Shown here in pieces: positions 1 through 7,428 of a DNA stretch of 64,000 bases. Both the position numbers and the translations under genes were made by a program. The notes under the pieces were generated by a model. That model saw only the letters and a list, made by a program, of their open reading frames with translations. It ran no database searches and was not told the DNA's origin. The DNA comes from an uncultured Candidatus Micrarchaeota archaeon (GTDB lineage: Archaea; Micrarchaeota; Micrarchaeia; Norongarragalinales; CAINOH01): positions 10,518-74,517 of the forward strand of contig CAINOH010000023.1 of the NCBI GenBank assembly GCA_903851445.1, in the 5' to 3' direction. How positions within the stretch are numbered: the first letter of the stretch is position 1; every line of letters begins with the position of its first letter.

Positions 1-348
1 GGGGACAACACCAACGTAAACAACCTCAACCAGACGTGGGAATCCACGCGCGTGAGCATCACGAACGCCAAGGCCCAACTTTCCCAGGGCAACCCGGCTG
101 CAGTGCAGGCCATAACAAACGCCACGGCCACGCTTACGCAACTGAAGGCGACTGCGGAATCTGGGGGTACGTCGGGAGGCCTTGACGTGTTAATCGTCGT
201 GTTTGTAGTGCTCATAATCATAATCGGCATCGTCGTATTCTTCTACACCAAAAACCGCAAGAAGGAGCCGCCCGTAGTAATCTCCGCCGGTCCGGGCACT
301 CCCGGGCTGAGGAAGGCGTCATCCGGCATCATCATCGAGCGCAAGTAA
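1..348 (+). CDS. C-terminal fragment of a membrane-anchored surface protein (5' end outside the window)
   Basis: Frame 1 is open from nt 1 (GDNTNVNNLNQTWEST...) into the listed 52..348 ORF. A Gly/Ser/Thr linker is followed by one strongly hydrophobic helix (LDVLIVVFVVLIIIIGIVVFFY) and a basic stop-transfer KNRKK. Confidence 0.5.
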   Translation, partial: GDNTNVNNLNQTWESTRVSITNAKAQLSQGNPAAVQAITNATATLTQLKATAESGGTSGGLDVLIVVFVVLIIIIGIVVFFYTKNRKKEPPVVISAGPGTPGLRKASSGIIIERK

Positions 349-358
349 ACGGGTTGCG

Positions 359-1441
359 ATGAAAATGGACGTTGAAACCCGCATCGGGATAATCAAGCGG
401 AAGCCGACTTCCGAAGTCGTCACCGACGAGGACTTGCGGAACCTCCTGGAGACCAAGCAGCGGCCGGTCCATTACATTGGCATGGAAATTTCCGGCCTCC
501 TGCACATCGGCTCGGTGTTCATGCTCGGCTACAAGCTGCGCGACTTTTTGGAAGCAGGCTGCACCACCCAGGTCTACCTTGCGGATTGGCACTCCATCAT
601 CAACAACAAGTTCGGCGGCGACTGGGAAAAAATCAACCGCGCATCCAAGTACTACGAGGAGATGTTCAAGCTCTTCGCGCCGGGAGTGAAGGTTGTGCGC
701 GGAAGCGAGCTTTACCACGACAACGACGAGTACTGGAAGAACGTGATCACCTTCTGCAAGCACGTCACGCTGGCACGCGACGTGCGCTGCCTGGAAATCA
801 TGGGCAGGAGCCAGAAGGAGACTCTTGACGTCGCAAAATACATCTACCCGCCCATGCAGGCCGTTGACATCCGCACAATCGGAGCTGACATCGCGCACGC
901 CGGCATGGACCAGCGCAAGATTCATATGCTTGCACGCGAAATCTACCCCGCGATGGGTTTCGAGAAGCCCGTTGCAGTCCACCACGCGCTCTTGCCGGGG
1001 CTTTTGGAACCGCAAAAAGTCGAAGCTGACGAGGGCCAGACGCAAAAGGAGGCCAGCGTGGCTGCTGCAAAGATGAGCAAGAGCAAGCCGGACACCTCGA
1101 TTTTCCTCAACGACTCGGCCGAGACCATCAAGAAGAAGATTTCAAGGGCATACTGCCCGCCGGAAGCCGAAGGCAACCCCGTTCTTTCGCTTGTAAGGCA
1201 CATAGTGTTCCGTGAGCAGAAGGAATTCACGGTCATCCGGCCTGCAAAGTTTGGCGGCGACATCTCGTTTTCATCCTACGAGGAAGTCGAGAAGGCATAC
1301 ATTGAAAAGAAACTTCACGCGGCTGACCTAAAGTCCGGGGTGACGGAAGCAATGGACAAGGCCGTTGCGCCCATCCGCTCGCACTTTGAGAAGAAGCCAG
1401 AACTCTTGGAAGTCTTCGAGCAGGCCAAGATTACACGATAA
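359..1441 (+). CDS. tyrS: tyrosyl-tRNA synthetase, archaeal type
   Basis: 360 aa with class I aaRS signatures HIGS (HIGH-like) and KMSKS. It is collinear with archaeal TyrRS blocks (IYPPMQAVD, QRKIHMLARE, AYCP..EGNP, FGGD..SYEE). Confidence 0.9.
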   Translation: MKMDVETRIGIIKRKPTSEVVTDEDLRNLLETKQRPVHYIGMEISGLLHIGSVFMLGYKLRDFLEAGCTTQVYLADWHSIINNKFGGDWEKINRASKYYEEMFKLFAPGVKVVRGSELYHDNDEYWKNVITFCKHVTLARDVRCLEIMGRSQKETLDVAKYIYPPMQAVDIRTIGADIAHAGMDQRKIHMLAREIYPAMGFEKPVAVHHALLPGLLEPQKVEADEGQTQKEASVAAAKMSKSKPDTSIFLNDSAETIKKKISRAYCPPEAEGNPVLSLVRHIVFREQKEFTVIRPAKFGGDISFSSYEEVEKAYIEKKLHAADLKSGVTEAMDKAVAPIRSHFEKKPELLEVFEQAKITR

Positions 1442-1447
1442 GCGCTT

Positions 1448-1792
1448 ATGGAAAGGGAAATCATACGCAGGAAAACAACCCAGAAGCCTGAAAGGGAATC
1501 CGAACGCAAGCGCACCTTGGACTACCCGCAAAACGGCACCGGGTCCTTGGAGCACACTATTGGAAGGATATCCAATGTGCTGGGGCTGACCAAGGAAGAC
1601 GGCATCTTGCCAATCAAGCGGCTTTCGTTGATCAGGCACAACGACTTAGAGAATACCATCAAAGCGTATTCCAAAATCCTGCGGCGAGAATTCATAAGCG
1701 AAAAGTACCCCGATGAACGGAACGAAAGGTTGCCCGTTATGCCGATTACTTTGACCGAATCCGCAACGAAGGCCGGCTTGGGGCCGAGCTGA
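1448..1792 (+). CDS. hypothetical protein, probably frameshifted (see finding)
   Basis: 114-aa ORF with a charged, helical-looking sequence. Frame 1 stays open from 1717 to 1887 with no start codon and reads like a natural continuation. Confidence 0.4.
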   Translation: MEREIIRRKTTQKPERESERKRTLDYPQNGTGSLEHTIGRISNVLGLTKEDGILPIKRLSLIRHNDLENTIKAYSKILRREFISEKYPDERNERLPVMPITLTESATKAGLGPS

Positions 1793-1928
1793 GCGAGGCG
1801 GGCCCAGTTCACCCGCTTTCGGATGTGCGCCGGCTCTTTGAGAACTCGAATAATCTTCTCAAGTTCAAGGCGGAGTGGGTGAAATAATTGGGAGGGGACA
1901 CTACGCCCTCTTCCAGAATTGAACGTGC

Positions 1929-3200
1929 CTATGTGCCTTCAGCGTACGCGTTCAGGTATGCAATCTGCTCTTCAGTAAGCTTCTCTACGCCTATTCCCAT
2001 GCACTCCGCCTTGAGCGTGGCGACTTCCAGGTCTATTTCCTTTGGAACGTCGTGCACTCCGGGCTTGAGGGCCTTGCCGTGCTTTGAGAGATACTCGAGC
2101 ACGAGCGCCTGGTCGGCAAAGCTCAGGTCCATCACTTCGCTCGGGTGCCCTGCGCCAGCAGCGAGGTTCACCAGCCGACCCTCCGCGAGGAGGCAAATCT
2201 TCCTGCCATCCACAAGGACGTACTCTTCTACGTTGGGAAGCACGAGCTTCTTGGACTTTGCCAGGGCCGCAAGGTCGGCGATGCAGAGCTCGACGTTGAA
2301 GTGACCCGAGTTCGCCACTATCGCGCCGTCCTTCATCCTCTCGAAGTGCCTTTTGCGTATCACGTTCTTGTCCCCTGTGACTGTGACGAACACGTCCCCG
2401 CAGGCAGCCGCGTCGTCCATGGTCATCGCGCTGTGGCCGTCCATCGCAGCTCGCAAGGCCTCGACCGGGTCTACCTCGACTACCACCACGCGGCAGCCCA
2501 TGCCCTTGGCCCGGGCCGCAAGGCCCTTGCCGCACTGGCCGTAGCCTACAACAACGAACGTCGAGCCGGCGAGCATCTTGTTCGTCGCGCGCATTATCGC
2601 GTCTATGGTTGACTGGCCGGTGCCGTAGTAATTGTCGAAAAGGTGCTTGGTTGGAGTGTCGTTTACCGCAATGACCGGGAACTTGAGCTTGTTGTCCCTT
2701 GCCATCGCCTTGAGCCTTATCACGCCAGTTGTGGTCTCCTCCTGGCCGGTGATTACGTCCAAAAGCAGGTCGGTTCGCTTTCCGTGCACCATGTTTATCA
2801 GGTCGGCGCCGTCATCAACCAGCATCTGCGGCCGGATGTCGAGCACGCGGTTTATCTGGGCGTAGTATTCTTCGTTGTTGCAACCGCGCACCGCGTGCAC
2901 CTCTACGCCGGATTTTGCAAGCGCAGCAGCCACGTCGTCCTGGGTTGAGAGTGGGTTTGATGCGCAGAGGGCGATTTGGCCTCCGCCTGCTGCGATGATT
3001 TTTGCAAGCACGGCCGTTTCCTTCGTAACGTGAAGGCACAGGCCTATGCGCAGGCCCTTGAACGGCTTTTCCTTCTCAAAGCGCTGCTTGATTCTCATCA
3101 GCACGGGCATATGCGCCTCCGCCCACCTGATGCTCCCCTCGCCCGAGGCCGCAAGGCCCATGTCCTTAATGGTATGATTGGTCTTCTGGCTAGTTGTCAT
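1929..3200 (-). CDS. ahcY: S-adenosyl-L-homocysteine hydrolase
   Basis: 423 aa from ATG at 3200 (MTTSQK). Conserved blocks are HVTKETA, NPLSTQDD, GQEETTTGV and the NAD fold VVGYGQCGKG. The first 21 codons of the track ORF are an extension. Confidence 0.9.
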   Translation of the reverse strand: MTTSQKTNHTIKDMGLAASGEGSIRWAEAHMPVLMRIKQRFEKEKPFKGLRIGLCLHVTKETAVLAKIIAAGGGQIALCASNPLSTQDDVAAALAKSGVEVHAVRGCNNEEYYAQINRVLDIRPQMLVDDGADLINMVHGKRTDLLLDVITGQEETTTGVIRLKAMARDNKLKFPVIAVNDTPTKHLFDNYYGTGQSTIDAIMRATNKMLAGSTFVVVGYGQCGKGLAARAKGMGCRVVVVEVDPVEALRAAMDGHSAMTMDDAAACGDVFVTVTGDKNVIRKRHFERMKDGAIVANSGHFNVELCIADLAALAKSKKLVLPNVEEYVLVDGRKICLLAEGRLVNLAAGAGHPSEVMDLSFADQALVLEYLSKHGKALKPGVHDVPKEIDLEVATLKAECMGIGVEKLTEEQIAYLNAYAEGT

Positions 3201-3355
3201 AATATCAAGTCCTTTGCCATAGTTGAGAAAACAGCGGCTTTGGCCGCATAGAATAAACTGCAAAAAGGCTTATAGCCGCTTTGGCAGGGCAAGGCGACGC
3301 ACCCCCCGCCGGCATAGGCTTTAAGATTGCGCTCGGTGTAATCTGGTTGGTTTTT

Positions 3356-4003
3356 ATGCGTGGGTTCGCGCTCTGGATTCTCACAAAGTTCGCGATGCTC
3401 TTTTTCATCTTCGCCCTCGCGGCGATACTGTTGCAGATGAGCCTGGTGCAGCAGTCCGGCGCGTGCGCAACACAGGCGCACGACTCCGCGTCCGGCATCA
3501 CCGCCAAGATATCGCAGGTCATCTTCTCGCCATCCGAGGACGAGCGGCAGACGTACTCGCTTGTCGGCGCGCTCCCGGTCGGAAGCAACGGCGTGCGCTA
3601 CGAAATCAACATCACTTACCGGGTTTTGGCCGATACTGGCGGCAATTTCGGGCTGAACATAGGCCTCGGCTCCCTTTCGGAAGTATCGTGCGACGCCTGG
3701 GAAAACATCGGCCTCGGAGAACCCGGAAAATATGTGGTGATGTTCGTCTCCCCGTCAGGGATGCAGAAGGCGGAGAAGGGCTCGGTGCTCCGGCTTACCC
3801 CGTCTGCGGGCGTCGAGGGGCTTAAGAAAAGCAGGTACGTGATAATACTCAAATGCAGCCAGAAGGCGCCGGGCGGCAAGAAGTACCTGTTCATACAGGA
3901 CTGCCACCAGGAAACCCTATCGGCCTGCAACGAGCTGAGCTTTGACAGTGACACGATTAAGAAGTGCTGCGGCTGGGACCCGTCGGCGTGCCCGATAGGC
4001 TGA
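3356..4003 (+). CDS. small secreted or membrane protein with a prepilin-like (class III signal) N-terminus
   Basis: 215 aa from ATG 3356 (the track start 3281 is TTG). The N-terminus MRG/FALWILTKFAMLFFIFALAAILL is a short basic stretch followed by a long hydrophobic segment. A soluble domain with several Cys follows, ending in CCGWDPSACP. Confidence 0.45.
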   Translation: MRGFALWILTKFAMLFFIFALAAILLQMSLVQQSGACATQAHDSASGITAKISQVIFSPSEDERQTYSLVGALPVGSNGVRYEINITYRVLADTGGNFGLNIGLGSLSEVSCDAWENIGLGEPGKYVVMFVSPSGMQKAEKGSVLRLTPSAGVEGLKKSRYVIILKCSQKAPGGKKYLFIQDCHQETLSACNELSFDSDTIKKCCGWDPSACPIG

Positions 4004-4007
4004 TTTT

Positions 4008-4490
4008 ATGGCAAGGCGCGGATTCATAGGACCGATTGGCGACGACATCCCGAGCATCTTCCCAATCATAGCGGGAATCGTGCTGTTCATCGCAACGCTG
4101 ATTTACGCAAACAACGAGTTCAGCTCAAAGAACGACGCCATCAACCTGCGAAAGGCCGGGCTGGACCTGTCGTACATCGTTGTCGAAAAGGGTTACGTAA
4201 ATCAGTACGGCTTTGGCAATACCTGCAACGACCTGCTCAAGCCCTCGGCAACGAAGAACGGCGTGTATTTTGCAGTCATGCTCCGCGACTGCACAACAGA
4301 CCCGTCCGAAAGCTTTGCAGGAACGGAAATATGCAGCCTCACGCAGGAGACAAACGCGGAAATCAACTCGACATACCTGACGGAGAAGCAGACGTCGATT
4401 TTCAACTACCCGGTTGCGACCGACTGCGTGACTCCGGATGGCACGAAAGAGGGCCTTGGCAGCGTAAGCATAATCACGTGGTACAAATGA
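4008..4490 (+). CDS. small membrane-anchored extracellular protein, atypical prepilin-like N-terminus
   Basis: 160 aa. The N-terminus reads MARRG/FIGPIGDDIPSIFPIIAGIVLFIATLIY and is followed by a Cys-containing soluble domain. The gene starts 4 nt after the previous stop. Confidence 0.4.
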   Translation: MARRGFIGPIGDDIPSIFPIIAGIVLFIATLIYANNEFSSKNDAINLRKAGLDLSYIVVEKGYVNQYGFGNTCNDLLKPSATKNGVYFAVMLRDCTTDPSESFAGTEICSLTQETNAEINSTYLTEKQTSIFNYPVATDCVTPDGTKEGLGSVSIITWYK

Positions 4491-5215
4491 GCAACGCACT
4501 CCGCGCACAGGCAAGCCTCTTTGACGGGATAGCGTTCCTGACGCTTGTGATGACGTCCATTGCAGTAATATTCGTCTCGCTTTCGGGCTACGGCGCGATG
4601 CAGAACACGATAATCAACCGCGCGCACATCACCAACTACCTGCAGAACTCGTTCAAGACAATCTACTACGTGGACGCCTCCACGCTCTCCGCGGTCACCT
4701 GCAACGACGAGCCATATTATTGCGATTCTGAAAGCGCCTGCCGCGCAAACACCAACGACTGCACGATGGGCTGCGACAAGCTAACCACCTGGACCGGCAT
4801 CTCGGTTGCCGAGCTCATCAAAAGGGACATGCGGGACTACAACCAGACGACGGGCACGGGCCTGGACGACAAGTTCGGACTGGCAAGCGCGCCAGGAAAG
4901 CTCGCGGCAAGGTGCGCGTTCAAGGAAATATTCCAGCCGTTCTCAACAGCCGGCTACTCCTATATGGTGGACTTCAAGAAAATATCGGGCCAGAATGCGG
5001 TGCAAGTCCCCCAACTCGGCACGAAGATGATTACCAACAACAAGGACGTGACCAGCTGCGACCAGACGCTGGGAAAGGAAAAGCTCGTGGTCAACGCGCC
5101 GTTCAAGGTATTTAAATGCATAAATGCGACACCACCCCAATGCGAGGGGCAGGACTTCATAATGACCGCGTGCGTGTGGCCCACTAGGGTAACGGCAACA
5201 GCTGCTGCAAGTTAA
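4487..5215 (+). CDS. type IV pilin-like protein (class III signal peptide candidate)
   Basis: 242 aa from ATG 4487, overlapping the previous stop as ATGA. MSNALRA/QASLFDGIAFLTLVMTSIAVIFVSL fits the archaeal prepilin pattern [KR][GA]/Q-x-S followed by a hydrophobic helix. The extracellular domain is Cys-rich. Confidence 0.5.
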   Translation: MSNALRAQASLFDGIAFLTLVMTSIAVIFVSLSGYGAMQNTIINRAHITNYLQNSFKTIYYVDASTLSAVTCNDEPYYCDSESACRANTNDCTMGCDKLTTWTGISVAELIKRDMRDYNQTTGTGLDDKFGLASAPGKLAARCAFKEIFQPFSTAGYSYMVDFKKISGQNAVQVPQLGTKMITNNKDVTSCDQTLGKEKLVVNAPFKVFKCINATPPQCEGQDFIMTACVWPTRVTATAAAS

Positions 5216-5220
5216 AAAAA

Positions 5221-7020
5221 TCAGAACGACGCCGAGGGCGTTGCAGCTGCCTTCTTCTTTATGTGCACTTCCTCCCCGCACTTGGGGCAGGAGTACACGA
5301 ACCCAGCCAGGTCAACCCGCACGTTGGGCGAGCAGTTCGTGCACATCCCCGAGCCGCAGTAGGGGCAGAACACGATGCGCGAGTTCTTCTGGTGGCAGGT
5401 GGGGCAGCCCATCCCGGCCTCGTTGCCGATGTGAACGAACTCCATGTCCGAAGATGACTTCAGGCCGGATTCCTTTGCCTTGCCTATCGGGCCTTCGACC
5501 GCGTTGATTCTTGAAAGCTGGTCGAACACCCCGCCCCCCGCGCCTGCGCCGGCAACCGGCTTTTGGGGGCCGAACAACTCGCCCTCCAAGTCGGCAAACC
5601 TGCCCTTTGCGGCCGGCGCCTTTGAATCTGACCCCGAAGCGCCGGCGCTTGAAGGCGGCACGTTCACTTTCATCGAGTCGTTCAGCGAATCCTCGCGCGC
5701 CGAACTCTTAAGCTGGCTGTAAATGTCGGAGATTATATCCGCAAACTCGTCCGTCTCCGAAACGTCCCGCGGGGCGATGACGTGGATTGAACGCTGTTGC
5801 GCATACATCCTCCTTCGCGACTCCGAATCCTGCGGCTGCTGCCCGGCCTCTTGCGCAATCTGCTCATATAGCCTGCGGCGCGGCAGCTCCCCGGGCTCAG
5901 CAGCCTGCACCACGGGCCGGGGCGAGCCAGACGGCACCAGGTCCTCAATAATCAACTCGGATTCCGCCTCAAGTTCCTTTCGGGACTTCAATGGCACTGG
6001 AGCGGGCTTGACAGCAGCGGGCTTTGCGTCCTTGCTTTTGGTGTCCTCTGCTGGAAAACCCGAAAGCAGCTCGTTGAGCTTCCGGTCGTAGTATTTTTTC
6101 CTGCCAGCCTCGTCAGCCGGGACCTGCTCTGAAGGCGATGGCGCCTGCCTTTGGCCAGCTGCCTTTGGCTGCTCCTTGGGAAGGCCTGCAACGAAGGGCG
6201 CGGCCTTGGATGCAAAAGACGACTGCGGCGTCTTCTGGGATTTTTGGCTGGCTTTTGCCTGCGAGAACTCCTTTTCGCGGAGGCCGGACACAAAAGGCGC
6301 GGGAAGGTTCGCATCAGCCTTGGCTTGGCCGCCAGGGGACGGTTGCCTGCCAGCCTGCGCAGGCAAGCCCACATCGACAAGCCTGACTGGCTGCGTTTTT
6401 TGCTCCAACTGCTTGAATTCGGGCCTTGCGCCAGCAACGTGCTGCAGGAACGGGATGTCTATCTCGATAAGCTCCTGCTTGCGCTGCCCGGTCTGGGGCA
6501 CGCGCTTTTTGAAAATCAGGTCAACAAAACCGAACAGCCCCGAAGGCTGGGGCGTGACAGTTGCAACGGGCCGCGATGGCAAAGGCGCTACCTCAACTTG
6601 CGCGGCAACCGCCTGCCTGGGTTTCTGAGCCTCCGACTCGGGCGCCTGCATCGCCTTGGCGGCATTGGACGCGCTGTGGATGGGAAGCCCCACAGTGAGC
6701 ATGCGGGGCGAGTTGACGAGAAAATACACTTTCATTATCCCGAAAGTCAGGACCACAAGAACGCAGGAGAACAGGGGCATGAGGCCAGGGTAGTCGTGGC
6801 CGGCCAAACCAAATTCAGCTGCGTAGCCCGCAACCCACTCGAATGCGAGCGAGATGCACATTATGAAGAACCCCAACACCACGGAAACGCCGAGCTTGGT
6901 ATCCTTGTCAAGGAGCCGGACGTCCGGGTAGGAAAGCCGCACCAAGAGGTAGCCTATGCTCCCTGCGCCGAAAAGGTAAAGCCCATAATAGAGCGCGGTT
7001 GAGTAGAAACTAAAGTCCAT
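5221..7020 (-). CDS. membrane protein with a long disordered linker and a C-terminal double zinc ribbon
   Basis: 599 aa from ATG 7020 (the track start 7026 is TTG). About 4 N-terminal TM helices are followed by roughly 350 aa rich in P/A/Q/K, with APFVxGL occurring twice. The C-terminus is CPTC-x9-CPYC-x4-CTNC-x14-CPKC. Confidence 0.6.
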   Translation of the reverse strand: MDFSFYSTALYYGLYLFGAGSIGYLLVRLSYPDVRLLDKDTKLGVSVVLGFFIMCISLAFEWVAGYAAEFGLAGHDYPGLMPLFSCVLVVLTFGIMKVYFLVNSPRMLTVGLPIHSASNAAKAMQAPESEAQKPRQAVAAQVEVAPLPSRPVATVTPQPSGLFGFVDLIFKKRVPQTGQRKQELIEIDIPFLQHVAGARPEFKQLEQKTQPVRLVDVGLPAQAGRQPSPGGQAKADANLPAPFVSGLREKEFSQAKASQKSQKTPQSSFASKAAPFVAGLPKEQPKAAGQRQAPSPSEQVPADEAGRKKYYDRKLNELLSGFPAEDTKSKDAKPAAVKPAPVPLKSRKELEAESELIIEDLVPSGSPRPVVQAAEPGELPRRRLYEQIAQEAGQQPQDSESRRRMYAQQRSIHVIAPRDVSETDEFADIISDIYSQLKSSAREDSLNDSMKVNVPPSSAGASGSDSKAPAAKGRFADLEGELFGPQKPVAGAGAGGGVFDQLSRINAVEGPIGKAKESGLKSSSDMEFVHIGNEAGMGCPTCHQKNSRIVFCPYCGSGMCTNCSPNVRVDLAGFVYSCPKCGEEVHIKKKAAATPSASF

Positions 7021-7139
7021 CGCCAATTATCCAAACTCAGAATAATCAATTTGCCGGACTATAAAAGAAGTGCGTTCCGAGGCAGAGGTCAAAAACCAAT
7101 CCGGCCAAGCACGAGGCGCGCCATAAGGCACAGGTTTTT

Positions 7140-7382
7140 CTAACCTGGCGCTGCAACAGGCAGGAATGTGTACTTGACGTACGCGTAGATGATTATCTCG
7201 GCAACCAGCGCGCCGAGAATCGTGCAGAAGAGCATCAGGAGGATTTTCGGCGTCTTGGGATACTTCTTTTCCAGCTTCTCGTAGTAATATGAAAGCAAAA
7301 AGACTATTGGGAACACTATGAACCCCGCGACGATTGAGGATACCAGGATGAAAATCGCGTCAGCGCCAGTCGGAAGGTCCAT
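7140..7382 (-). CDS. small two-TM membrane protein
   Basis: 80 aa from the internal ATG (MDLPTGADAIFILVSS...). The longer track ORF starts at TTG inside the 3' end of the upstream gene. Two hydrophobic helices flank EKLEKKYPKTPK. Confidence 0.45.
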   Translation of the reverse strand: MDLPTGADAIFILVSSIVAGFIVFPIVFLLSYYYEKLEKKYPKTPKILLMLFCTILGALVAEIIIYAYVKYTFLPVAAPG

Positions 7383-7428
7383 ATGCAGTTCATTACCATT
7401 TTTTGGTATATAAAACCGGCTCCCGGCT

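Noticed and set aside
332-1045. Long ORFs antisense to confidently assigned genes. Examples are 332..1045(-) opposite tyrS, 6151..7002(+), 22931..23695(+) opposite pgk, 35362..36492(+) opposite carB, 18069..18893(+), 12789..13634(+) and 60374..61084(-).
   Set aside because: They lie entirely inside genes with strong homology on the other strand. Their translations are Arg/Pro/Gly/Ala-rich and low in complexity, as expected from stop-poor antisense frames of GC-rich DNA.
3281-3355. The TTG-initiated 25-codon leader of the first pilin-like ORF (MAGQGDAPPAGIGFKIALGVIWLVF).
   Set aside because: The ATG at 3356 yields a short basic N-terminus directly followed by the hydrophobic segment. The TTG extension would bury that segment. 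The choice remains uncertain.
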